DNA of 64,000 nt, from positions 59,756 to 123,755 of IMG/VR virus record IMGVR_UViG_3300036651_001908; one strand, given 5' to 3'. The DNA comes from a virus. Made by a program: the position numbers and the translations under genes. Numbering within the stretch: position 1 is the first letter of the stretch; each line of letters starts with the position of its first letter. Below the pieces are notes generated by a model. That model saw only the letters and a list, made by a program, of their open reading frames with translations, ran no database searches and was not told the DNA's origin. Positions 28,245-37,148 of this stretch are shown here, one piece after another.

Positions 28245-28792
28245 TGCGTGGGCTGATCGCACTGGCGAACAGCCGCATGACCATCGTGGATGCCTACCGG
28301 CAGTGTGGGCACGACATCTATGAGGCCTACGGCGCCAAGTTGTACTGCCCGTGGGGCTTCCTGCACCACGACGGTGGCACCTCCCGCTCCCTGCGGCTGT
28401 ACCTGGATGACAACTCCTCCTACTGCTTCGCCTGCTCCGAGCGACTGGATCCGGTGGGGGTGTACCGGAAGACGCACGACCTCTCGGCCAAGGCTGCGGC
28501 CGAGCGGATCCTGGAGGACACCAACTACCGGCCACCGACGCCCGAGCAGGTGTGGGCGGACGCCCTGGCCTACCACCCGGAGCCAGACCGTACTGCTCTT
28601 GCCGCTGCGCTGGAGATGTACTTGACTGACCTCGATCCCGACTTCGAGGAGCACGCGCTCACCGGGGTGGTCAGCCACTATTACTCCGCGGTGCTGGAAC
28701 TACTGTCGTCCGTCCATACCGATGAGGACGCTGCGCTCTGGCTGGCCATGGCCAAGACCGGCATGGCCGGAAAACTTGAAATCAGTGGTTGA
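28244..28792 (+). CDS. CHC2 zinc-finger (DnaG N-terminal-like) protein lacking TOPRIM
   Basis: CPWGFLHHD...SYCFAC; only 182 aa. Confidence 0.8.
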   Translation: MRGLIALANSRMTIVDAYRQCGHDIYEAYGAKLYCPWGFLHHDGGTSRSLRLYLDDNSSYCFACSERLDPVGVYRKTHDLSAKAAAERILEDTNYRPPTPEQVWADALAYHPEPDRTALAAALEMYLTDLDPDFEEHALTGVVSHYYSAVLELLSSVHTDEDAALWLAMAKTGMAGKLEISG

Positions 28793-28817
28793 CAGCGTGG
28801 TGTAGAGAGACTATGGT
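28789..28817 (+). promoter_or_regulatory. sigma-A-type promoter TTGACA-17-TATGGT
   Basis: Near-consensus hexamers with 17-bp spacing; the spacer holds the box GTGGTGTAGAGAG. Confidence 0.8.
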
Positions 28818-28856
28818 GTAGATCACAAGGTCACCAAAGATCCTGAGGAGGACACC

Positions 28857-29096
28857 ATGACCAACAACACCACTCTCCGTCTCGGACAGCCCGTCACCTA
28901 CACCGACAGCCGCGGCTACCAGAAGGCTGCCTTCGTGGTCGGCACCAGCGACTCGGTCCAGCCGGGCCACGACCTGCCCGTGCCCGATGAGGGCCACGCG
29001 CACCTCGCCATCTTCTCCCCGACCGGTGCGGTCTACGCCCGGCACAACATCCCGGAGGCCGTGGACGCCTTCTCCACTCAGGCCTACACGGTCTGA
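28857..29096 (+). CDS. hypothetical protein, monocistronic and probably highly expressed
   Basis: GAGGAGG RBS, own promoter and terminator. Confidence 0.8.
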   Translation: MTNNTTLRLGQPVTYTDSRGYQKAAFVVGTSDSVQPGHDLPVPDEGHAHLAIFSPTGAVYARHNIPEAVDAFSTQAYTV

Positions 29097-29107
29097 GTCC
29101 CCAGGCC

Positions 29108-29147
29108 AGCCGCACCCCGCCCCTCGTCCGGCCGGGTGCGGCTTTCC
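29108..29147 (+). terminator. terminator-like hairpin
   Basis: AGCCGCACCC/GGGTGCGGCT followed by TTCCT. Confidence 0.65.
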
Positions 29148-29167
29148 TATCTACAGGAGCAACCACC

Positions 29168-29647
29168 ATGACTCGCCTCGCACTCATCGACATCGATGGC
29201 GTCTTAGCCAACGACTCGCACCGCACGCCGCACGCCATCCTCCGGGAGTGGGCCGAGTACTTCGACCCCGAACGGATGCTGGCTGACACCGTGTGGCCCG
29301 AGGGGCGTGCCCTGGTCCAGCGCTTGTGGCTGAGGAGAACGGAGATTGCCTACCTCACTGGGCGTCGGGAGGACCGGCGCGATGTCACAGAGCGGTGGCT
29401 GATCAACAACCGCTTCCCCTACGGTCAGTTGTACATGCGCCACCCCGACATGAAGATGCGCCTGGCTGAACTGAAGGCCTCGATCATCCGGGACATCAAG
29501 CAGGCAACACCGACTCTGGACATCGTCCTCTACGACGACGACCCTGAGGTCATCCGTACCGTCCGTGAGGAGTTCGGGGACGACACCGCGGTGCACTGCA
29601 CCTGGTACGTCAAGCCGGACGAACTCATCCGCCGCGCTTCCGCGTGA
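29168..29647 (+). CDS. HAD-superfamily phosphatase (PNKP/PseT 3'-phosphatase-like)
   Basis: IDIDGVLA, LTGR, LYMR, YDDD. Confidence 0.85.
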   Translation: MTRLALIDIDGVLANDSHRTPHAILREWAEYFDPERMLADTVWPEGRALVQRLWLRRTEIAYLTGRREDRRDVTERWLINNRFPYGQLYMRHPDMKMRLAELKASIIRDIKQATPTLDIVLYDDDPEVIRTVREEFGDDTAVHCTWYVKPDELIRRASA

Positions 29648-29655
29648 GGAGGTGA

Positions 29656-29853
29656 ATGATGGACATTGCAATCTCAACCTCGCTCACCATCGTCTTCGTG
29701 GCGTTCTGCGCGATGCTGGTCGCAGGCTGCGTCTGGGTCGTCGTCGTGATCGTCACGGCCATCCGGAAGCGTCTCGGCCGGGTCGCCCCGGTCGCCCCTG
29801 GTCGGCACCACCTGGACGTGGCATGCGATCCGGTACAGGACTTGACGGAGTAA
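29656..29853 (+). CDS. small membrane protein
   Basis: Long hydrophobic helix; GGAGG RBS. Confidence 0.65.
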   Translation: MMDIAISTSLTIVFVAFCAMLVAGCVWVVVVIVTAIRKRLGRVAPVAPGRHHLDVACDPVQDLTE

Positions 29854-29870
29854 CCCGTCGCATATATAGT
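29842..29870 (+). promoter_or_regulatory. sigma-A-type promoter TTGACG-17-TATAGT
   Basis: Near-consensus hexamers with 17-bp spacing. Confidence 0.75.
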
Positions 29871-30002
29871 TGCCTCAACGTCGCGAGCCGTGGATCCCCC
29901 TCCACCGACCCGATGTCCAGGCAGCGATTCTTCACTCTCGCTGCTACGGAGCGGCGGGCTCTTCCCCAGTAGCCCGCCGCTCCCCCTGTCACTGGAGACA
30001 AA

Positions 30003-30800
30003 ATGGAAATCTTCGGACACACCGCCATCGTCAACTCTCTACGCAACGAACTCCCAGCAGTCTCCCTCTTCGTCGGCCCGCGCTCTATAGGCAAGTGGAC
30101 CTGCGCTGAGGTCATCGCCAAGCACCACGGCATCACGCACGTCCTCGAAGTGCCCCGGCTCAACGTTGAGACGGCACGAGCGCTGGCCAGCCACAGCCAG
30201 GTGGCCACACCGGACGGCAAGGCGCTGGCCATCGTCCGCCTCGGGGACTACACCGAGGAGCGGGCGCCGCAGAACATCCTGCTGAAGTCTCTAGAGGAGC
30301 CCGCCGAGGGCCACCACTTCATCCTCATCTCCCATGACCTGGTCGCGGAGACCGTCGCCTCTCGCGCGACCCGCTTCGAGTTCGGCTACCTGTCGGTGGC
30401 GTCCATCGAGCACGCGCTCCGCCAGCGTGGGCTGCCCGAGCACGAGGTGACACAGTTCGCGCGCCAGTGCCACGGCCGGGTCGGGGATGCCCTGCACATG
30501 GCCGATCTTTTGCAGAAGAAGGCCCTGGTGATCACGGCCATGCGGGCTATCCAAGAACATGATTCCGAATCTCTAGCCCGGTGCGCCGATGCCTGGACTC
30601 CTGCACACACAGAAACGGCGGTGGCATGGTGTTACGAAGCGATCATCGGGAGGGACAAGTCCCGCCTGTTCAGCAAGGCGGAATTGGGCGACATGTCCAG
30701 GAAGACAGCGACTCGTATCCTGATCGCCCTACGCGACACGCATCGGCCCCGGCTGGTGGTGAGGGGCTCGCTGCAATCCGTCCTGTCGGCAATGGGCTGA
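30003..30800 (+). CDS. DNA polymerase III delta'-like clamp loader subunit
   Basis: IFGH, LFVGPRSIGK, QNILLKSLEEP, ETVASR. Confidence 0.85.
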   Translation: MEIFGHTAIVNSLRNELPAVSLFVGPRSIGKWTCAEVIAKHHGITHVLEVPRLNVETARALASHSQVATPDGKALAIVRLGDYTEERAPQNILLKSLEEPAEGHHFILISHDLVAETVASRATRFEFGYLSVASIEHALRQRGLPEHEVTQFARQCHGRVGDALHMADLLQKKALVITAMRAIQEHDSESLARCADAWTPAHTETAVAWCYEAIIGRDKSRLFSKAELGDMSRKTATRILIALRDTHRPRLVVRGSLQSVLSAMG

Positions 30801-30929
30801 CCAAGGCGCACATCGGGATCATCACCCTGTGGTGTCCCGTGTGTCAGGAGGATGGCGTAGCCTATTCAGTCATGGTGGCGAACGCCTGGATCCGACACCA
30901 CGACAACCTTCACGCTCTAGAGGACTCCG

Positions 30930-31178
30930 ATGTATCCCGATGACCTGACCGACATGACTGGGATGCAGGTCATCCTCAGTGAAGCCGTGGGGCGTGACAA
31001 CGCCATCGTGATGGAGGGTGAACCGTGGTTCAACGCCAAGGTCGCCATGCACCCGCTGGACTTCTACGAGATGGGTACTCCTCCCGGATCGCTGAAGCGA
31101 CTGGAGAAGGGGCTCGACTACCTGCTCGCTGAGGCCAACCGGCAACTGGATCAACTGGAGGCCCGCCTTGCTGCCTGA
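30930..31178 (+). CDS. hypothetical protein
   Basis: GAGGA RBS, codon usage. Confidence 0.65.
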   Translation: MYPDDLTDMTGMQVILSEAVGRDNAIVMEGEPWFNAKVAMHPLDFYEMGTPPGSLKRLEKGLDYLLAEANRQLDQLEARLAA

Positions 31179-31368
31179 GAACCATGAGTACGAAGTGCTC
31201 CGCCTGCTGGTGGTCTCCTACCCCTCCACCTGCATCGCGGATGACCGGCACCGCATCCGTCCGGGCGACAAGGCTGCCCGGCTCCAGCGTGCGGACAACC
31301 CCATGTGGCCGGTGCCTGGGCTGGTCTGCTACAAGTGCGCCAAGGGCATGCGTAGGGCGGTTGCCTGA
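31168..31368 (+). CDS. small Cys-containing hypothetical protein
   Basis: C...H...CYKC; overlaps both neighbours. Confidence 0.55.
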   Translation: MLPENHEYEVLRLLVVSYPSTCIADDRHRIRPGDKAARLQRADNPMWPVPGLVCYKCAKGMRRAVA

Positions 31369-32348
31369 TGTCCACGTTTTCGGCCTGGTGGAAGGCCTAC
31401 CAGGATGGCAAGGGCATCCGGCAGATCACTTACGTCTGCGGCACCGAGAAGATCCTGGTGGATGAGGTGGTCGGTGGCATCCAGCGCTCGGTGGCCGACG
31501 CATGGGGATCCATGAACCTGGCGGTCACCGAGACCAATCAGCGGGAAATCTGGGAGATGCTGGACCGGCGTCCGATGTTCTACACCAACGCACTCACCGT
31601 GCTCTACCACGCGCAGGAACTCCAGGACACCCAGCGGCTGTGGGAGTGGTGGAAGAACAAGAAGTACAACCCGCACCACTATCTAATTCTTGTTTCTGAT
31701 CTGGACGCCGCGCCCCGCCAGCAGGTCGGTGACCCGAAGGAGCACAAGACCGAGGTCGTCCCCCACCTGCGCTTCGGTGCCGCGGGCTGGCTCATCGAGT
31801 GCAAGCCCTTCACTCAAGCCACCACGTCCACCGCCGTCCAGTGGGTGCGCTCGAAGGTGGAGATGACCGACGCCGTCGCCGGGCACCTGCTCAACCGTGC
31901 CGATGGTGACCTCCGGCTGGTGCGGGACGCGACCCAGAAACTCAAGGTGTTCCCTGGCACCATCACCCAGAGTGTGATCAACGACCTCTTCACCGCCGTG
32001 CCCCGTGACTCCTTCGTGGATGCCCTGCTCGCCCTCGACAAGAAGACTGCCCTCGCCGCGCTGGAGCGCCTGCCCACCGAGGACTACTCCAGGACGCTGG
32101 GCATGCTGGACTCGTCTCTAGAACTGGCGGGGACGGTCCATGACTTCGAGACGAACAACAAGCCGAGGCTCGAACTGATCAAGGCGGCAGGCAAGAAGGC
32201 TTGGCTGCTGCCGGAGGTGGAGAAGGTCGCGAAGCACTACGACCTGAAGCGGCGCAACCGGACGCGGCAACTGCTGCTCATGGCCGACGAAGCCCTCCAG
32301 GGTGGCGAGACCACGGGAGTGTTCGAGTCGCTGGTGGCGCTGTGGTAA
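31368..32348 (+). CDS. DNA polymerase III delta (HolA)-like clamp loader subunit
   Basis: YVCGTEKILVDE N-terminus; AVAGHLLNRADGDLRLVRDATQKL..F..TIT...I pattern; size. Confidence 0.75.
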   Translation: MSTFSAWWKAYQDGKGIRQITYVCGTEKILVDEVVGGIQRSVADAWGSMNLAVTETNQREIWEMLDRRPMFYTNALTVLYHAQELQDTQRLWEWWKNKKYNPHHYLILVSDLDAAPRQQVGDPKEHKTEVVPHLRFGAAGWLIECKPFTQATTSTAVQWVRSKVEMTDAVAGHLLNRADGDLRLVRDATQKLKVFPGTITQSVINDLFTAVPRDSFVDALLALDKKTALAALERLPTEDYSRTLGMLDSSLELAGTVHDFETNNKPRLELIKAAGKKAWLLPEVEKVAKHYDLKRRNRTRQLLLMADEALQGGETTGVFESLVALW

Positions 32349-32554
32349 AGCGCGCCCGCAACTACCGGCTCGGCAAGTGGGGGTACCGAGGGGTGCGCTA
32401 CCACGAGCACTCGGACCTGTTCCAAGCCCGGTGCTGTGGTGAGGAGACCTACCACGAGGAGCCCGAGGACGCCGCCCGCGCGTACGATGCCATGGCCAAG
32501 AGGCACTTCGGTGACTCCGCCATCCTGAACTTCCCGGAGGAGACCGATGACTAG
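32342..32554 (+). CDS. stand-alone AP2-domain DNA-binding protein
   Basis: GYRGV...EDAARAYDAMAKRHFGDSAILNFP. Confidence 0.8.
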   Translation: MVKRARNYRLGKWGYRGVRYHEHSDLFQARCCGEETYHEEPEDAARAYDAMAKRHFGDSAILNFPEETDD

Positions 32555-34937
32555 GAACTACGCGGCGATTCGGTCAGCCGAAAAGTTTGAGGCCTTCGTG
32601 CAGCGCCTTCTCGAAGAGGGCAAGCCGTTCGGGTTCGACATCGAATCCGGCTACTCCGGTCCAGACCTGGCAGGAGCAGCGCTGCTGCCCTTCCATCCCC
32701 GCTGGATCATGACGGGGTTCTCCTTCACGAACAGTGTCGAATGGGGCCGTTACGTCCCGGTCGCCCATGACACCGGGCAGAACGTAGACGACCCCCGGCG
32801 CACGGCGGCGGCGTTGTGGCGGCTCTTGCAGAGCGGTAAGGGTGTGGCGCATAACGCTTCCTTTGAATTGTTGGGGCTGTCGCGGTGGTTCCGAGACATG
32901 CTCTCGGATGATCCTGAACTCGGCCTGGAAGTACACAAGTCGAAGGGCACGTTCCCGATCTACAGCGACACGCTCATCGAGGCCTACTGCACCGGGCTGT
33001 TCGCTCCGCAGAACACTGGCGGCCCCGGCATCGGCCTGAAGGGGCTGACCAAGTTCGTCTTCGACCACCAGATGGTGGAGTTCAAGAGTTTGTTCGACAA
33101 GTATACGACGAAGGTGAGGTTCAACTCTCTACCGCCCGAGGGTGTCAACGTCGAATACGCCTGCGAAGACAGTGTGTGGTGCCTGGCCCTGCACCTGAAG
33201 CACTACCCGCTGGTGAAGGACTCGTTCATCTTCAAGACCGAGATGCAGTTGCAGCCGGTGCTGACCGAGATGGAGATGGAAGGCCTGCTTCTCGACTGGG
33301 GGAAGATCCACGAGAAGACTGAGGAGGTGCAGCACTTCCGCGACAGGATGAACGAGGAAATCATGGCCAACCTCTCCGAGCGGATGGGCGAGGTCATCAA
33401 CTTCAACCTGGCCTCCACCAAGGAACTCGGAAATCTTCTTTTCGAACGGCTCGGCCTGCCGATCAAGAACCGTAGCGAGAAGACCGGCGCCGCATCCACG
33501 AGCGAGAAGGCGCTGCACGCCATCGCCCAGCGGGATCCCGTCGTCGCTCGCGTCCTGGAGTACCGCGAGGTCAACAAACTCCTTGGCTCCTACCTCCGCA
33601 AGTACGACACCGAACTCAACTACTGCGACTGTGGCCGAGCCCACCCGAACCACAAGCAGACGGGGGCAGCGACCGGCCGCATGTCGGTGGACCAGGTCTC
33701 GTATCAGCAGTGGCCGAAGCCGTACCACTACGAACTTGGTGACGGCACGACCTTCGACCTGAACTTCCGCGACCTGCTCATCTCCCCGAAGGAGTACCGC
33801 ATCGTCGGCTACGACTTCAGTCAGGTGGAGTTGCGTGTGCTCGCAGGGCTGGCCAACGAGACGGCTCTACTCAAGGCCTTCGCGGACGGCACCGACATCC
33901 ACAAGGCCACGGCCAGCCAGATGATGGGCATCCCGCTCGACCAGGTCACGAAGAAGCAGCGCGCCCAGGGCAAGACGCTGAACTTCGCGGTGGTCTACGG
34001 CTCCGGGCCCGCGAACATCGCTGAACTGCTGACCACCCCCGATGCCCCGGTCACCACCGAGGACGCTCAGGAACTCCTCTCGAAGTACTTCGCCGCCTTC
34101 TCCAACCTCAAGGGCTGGATGGATGAGCAGGTGGAGTTCGGGCGCAAGAACAAGTACGTGCTCACACCGTTCGGCCGTCGCTTCACCATCTGGGAGTACG
34201 ACTCCCACAACGGCTGGATCGTCAGCAAGGGTGACCGCATGTGCGTGAACGCCCCGGTGCAGGGCGGCGCTGCGGATTACATGAAGATCGGCATGGTGCG
34301 GGCGCAGCGGGCGATCAAGAAGGCCGGGCTCCAGGAGAAGATCCGCCTGGTGATGACAGTGCACGACGCCCTGGAGTTCTACGTGCACGAGTCGGTCAGC
34401 ACGCAGGAGGTCATCGATCTGATCACGCCGCAGGTGTCGTTCAAGGTGAAGCACCTGCCGAACCTGCCGGAGATTCTGGCCGAATGGCACGAGGGTCCGA
34501 CGTGGGGCAGCGTGGTGGATGTGCTGCTCGACGCTGAGAAGCACGTCACCGGCTATGAACTGGATGGGGTGGAGGGGATCTTCGAGACGTGGCAGGAAGT
34601 GCTGGCGGCTACCACCGCCGAGCCTGATCCGGTGACCGAGCCCGAGGAGGAACAGGGAAGTCCCATCCCGGTAGAGTCACATGTCTCTGGATACACCATC
34701 TCGATCCCGCGGATGCCTGATGAGCAGCAACTGACATCGTTCCTCGCTTTCATGAATGAACACCCCGGGTCTCATCCGGTGGTCGTTGCGAGTCCTGCTG
34801 GCAACATCACCATGGAGACGAGACATACGCTGCCACCGTTTGCTGTGACTCAGATCAGTATTCTTCTCGGCGGCGCATCGGTCACTGAGACCAGGGAGAA
34901 CTCGCTTGAAAATCTTGTTCGGGAGTTGGAACTGTGA
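32547..34937 (+). CDS. polA: DNA polymerase I-like (family A) with 3'-5' exonuclease and C-terminal extension
   Basis: FDIES ExoI, HNASFE, YACED, ATGRMS, DFSQVELR motif A, RAQGKTLNFAVVYG motif B (Phe762 type), VHDAL motif C. Confidence 0.95.
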   Translation: MTRNYAAIRSAEKFEAFVQRLLEEGKPFGFDIESGYSGPDLAGAALLPFHPRWIMTGFSFTNSVEWGRYVPVAHDTGQNVDDPRRTAAALWRLLQSGKGVAHNASFELLGLSRWFRDMLSDDPELGLEVHKSKGTFPIYSDTLIEAYCTGLFAPQNTGGPGIGLKGLTKFVFDHQMVEFKSLFDKYTTKVRFNSLPPEGVNVEYACEDSVWCLALHLKHYPLVKDSFIFKTEMQLQPVLTEMEMEGLLLDWGKIHEKTEEVQHFRDRMNEEIMANLSERMGEVINFNLASTKELGNLLFERLGLPIKNRSEKTGAASTSEKALHAIAQRDPVVARVLEYREVNKLLGSYLRKYDTELNYCDCGRAHPNHKQTGAATGRMSVDQVSYQQWPKPYHYELGDGTTFDLNFRDLLISPKEYRIVGYDFSQVELRVLAGLANETALLKAFADGTDIHKATASQMMGIPLDQVTKKQRAQGKTLNFAVVYGSGPANIAELLTTPDAPVTTEDAQELLSKYFAAFSNLKGWMDEQVEFGRKNKYVLTPFGRRFTIWEYDSHNGWIVSKGDRMCVNAPVQGGAADYMKIGMVRAQRAIKKAGLQEKIRLVMTVHDALEFYVHESVSTQEVIDLITPQVSFKVKHLPNLPEILAEWHEGPTWGSVVDVLLDAEKHVTGYELDGVEGIFETWQEVLAATTAEPDPVTEPEEEQGSPIPVESHVSGYTISIPRMPDEQQLTSFLAFMNEHPGSHPVVVASPAGNITMETRHTLPPFAVTQISILLGGASVTETRENSLENLVRELEL

Positions 34938-35467
34938 TCCCTGAACTGGAGAAGTACGACACCCCGCTCGCCGGGGTGGAGCAGCGGATGACCGGCTGGG
35001 TGGAGGAGGCGCTGGAACTCCGGCACGGCGCAGCCGAGGATCCGGACGGCACCCTCGACGGCATCCTCTTGGTGATCTTTCCCGATGAGGTGATCCACGC
35101 CTTGCAACGGGTGCGCGCCCGTTCCGACCGGGTCGATGGGCTGCTGGCCAACATCACCCGCGCCCGAGGCAGGCTCCGTCGCATGCAGGCCAACGCCAAG
35201 TTCGAAGCCGAGCGTGCCTACGCTGAGGCAGCCAGCCGGGGGCTCACCCACCGGGTGGACTTCTCCTCCGCCAAGGAGCGGGACAGCAACGCCCGGCTGG
35301 ATTCTTTTGAACAGGAACGCGTCGCTCACCATGCCGCCCAGGCGGTGGCCATGGCGGACGAATGCTACGAGGTCATCCGTGACATCTCGTGGCAGTTGAA
35401 CGGCATGCGCACCGAACTCCGGGCCGTGCTGAACGCCCTCCAGATGGAGTCCAGTTTGGAGCGGTAA
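34934..35467 (+). CDS. helical protein, possibly UvsY-like recombination mediator
   Basis: Coiled-coil composition; lies between polA and SSB. Confidence 0.55.
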   Translation: MIPELEKYDTPLAGVEQRMTGWVEEALELRHGAAEDPDGTLDGILLVIFPDEVIHALQRVRARSDRVDGLLANITRARGRLRRMQANAKFEAERAYAEAASRGLTHRVDFSSAKERDSNARLDSFEQERVAHHAAQAVAMADECYEVIRDISWQLNGMRTELRAVLNALQMESSLER

Positions 35468-35553
35468 CCTCCTGAGTATTACACGGACGTGTGATAGACT
35501 CATCCCCGGCATCAGGATCGTGATGCCACCCACAGAACAAGAAATGAGACGAC

Positions 35554-36549
35554 ATGCCTCGCATCGATTTCGCCCCAGAGTTCAAGAAGGCGACGACCAA
35601 CTACGACTTCCCGAAGTTGAAGTTGAAGAAGGATGAGCAGGCCCGCATCCTGATCTACGAAGCGCAGCCGATGATGGAGTTCGTTCACACCATCCGTGCT
35701 CCGAAGGTCATCATGGGCAAGCCCGTGATGGAGACCAAGTCCCGTCGCGATGGCACGCAGTACCAGGACTACCAGATGGACTTCCTCTCGAAGCCGATCT
35801 GCCTCGGGGACTACAACATCCTCATGGAGAAGGGCAGCGACCCGAAGAACTGCCCCGTCTGCGCTCTAGCGCACGAGTCCACCGACATGGCCGCGGCACC
35901 GCAGCGTCGGTTCGCCATCCACGTGGTGCGGTACAAGACGAAGCAGGGCACGACGAAGCCCGCCGTCCCCTTCTCGGTGGAACTCGTGGTGTGGTCCTTC
36001 ACGGACAAGACCTACAACAAGATCGAGGAGTTCCGTGAGGAGTGGGGCGACCTGCGCCAGCACGACATCGTTCTGAACTGCACCAACGAGCCGTTCCAGT
36101 TGTACGACATCAGCATCAGCCCGACGGCTGAGTGGATGCAGGACGAAGAGCGCATGAAGTTGGTGAAGACCACGTTCAAGGAGAATCAGATCCCCGACCT
36201 CTCCATCGCCTGCGGCTCCCGCAAGGAGAAGAAGTGGATCGATGAGGACGTGCAGAAGGTGCGTCAGCGCTGGGTGGAAATCTCCGGTGCGCAGACCGAG
36301 GCCGCCCCTCCGCTCGGTGACGCCCTGAACGGCCTGTTCAGCAACGTCCAGCCCGGCTCAGCAGCGGCCACCTCACTCGGGTCCGGTGCACCGGAGCGCG
36401 GTGCGGACCCGGAGCCCGCACCGTTCGACAGCAACGCCGTCCTCGGGCTGGGTGAGCCGCACACGGCTTCCACGCCCAGCATCACGGTGCCCGTCTCCAC
36501 CGCGGAGAAGAGCCTGGACGACCTGCTGGCGGACCTGGGCGACGATTGA
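35554..36549 (+). CDS. single-stranded DNA-binding protein (T4 gp32-like)
   Basis: H...CLGD...CPVC Zn site and acidic tail SLDDLLADLGDD. Confidence 0.75.
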   Translation: MPRIDFAPEFKKATTNYDFPKLKLKKDEQARILIYEAQPMMEFVHTIRAPKVIMGKPVMETKSRRDGTQYQDYQMDFLSKPICLGDYNILMEKGSDPKNCPVCALAHESTDMAAAPQRRFAIHVVRYKTKQGTTKPAVPFSVELVVWSFTDKTYNKIEEFREEWGDLRQHDIVLNCTNEPFQLYDISISPTAEWMQDEERMKLVKTTFKENQIPDLSIACGSRKEKKWIDEDVQKVRQRWVEISGAQTEAAPPLGDALNGLFSNVQPGSAAATSLGSGAPERGADPEPAPFDSNAVLGLGEPHTASTPSITVPVSTAEKSLDDLLADLGDD

Positions 36550-37109
36550 TAATCGGGCTCGACCTCGCCGCCAAGTTCAGCGCCGCCGTGGTGCTGGATG
36601 ATGGCGGCGAGGTCATCGACCAGTTCGATTCCTGGGGCATCTCTGCTCTAGCGTTCCTCGACAAGATCGTGAACTGGATGACCTACTCCCAGACCCGGGT
36701 GAAGTTGGTCATCGAGGATGTGCCGTATGGCATCGGCAATCAGAAGATGATCAAGTCGGTGCTCCGGCTCCAGGGATTTCTCCAGGGGTTGCTCGTCACG
36801 GAGATTCCGCGTGACCGTCTGGAGGACGTGTATTACGTCCTCCCCTCCACCTGGCAGCGCTGTTTCGAAGGCGTCTGGCGGGGCGGCAAGGAAGGTGCCG
36901 AGGCAGCGGCGAAGACGTTCCACTACGAGGCGCCTGATCTTCTAGTGGAGTATGCCGATCGGCTCCCGGCGAAGGGGCCGATGCGCACCAAGGCTCTAGC
37001 GGACCTCCGCAAGATCAAGACGGACTACAACGACGCCTTCCTCATTGCCGAATGGGCATTCGCTGCCGATGATGAACTTGGTGAAGTGACGCAGCCTTTC
37101 TTCATCTGA
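36546..37109 (+). CDS. RuvC-like Holliday junction resolvase
   Basis: IIGLDLA, VIED, PSTWQ, DAFLIA. Confidence 0.8.
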   Translation: MIIGLDLAAKFSAAVVLDDGGEVIDQFDSWGISALAFLDKIVNWMTYSQTRVKLVIEDVPYGIGNQKMIKSVLRLQGFLQGLLVTEIPRDRLEDVYYVLPSTWQRCFEGVWRGGKEGAEAAAKTFHYEAPDLLVEYADRLPAKGPMRTKALADLRKIKTDYNDAFLIAEWAFAADDELGEVTQPFFI

Positions 37110-37148
37110 CGTATTACAAAGTATAGCAAAGTATAAGGGCGTATAAAA

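Noticed and set aside
32342-32554. HNH-AP2 homing endonuclease
   Set aside because: Only the AP2 domain is present; no HNH motif.
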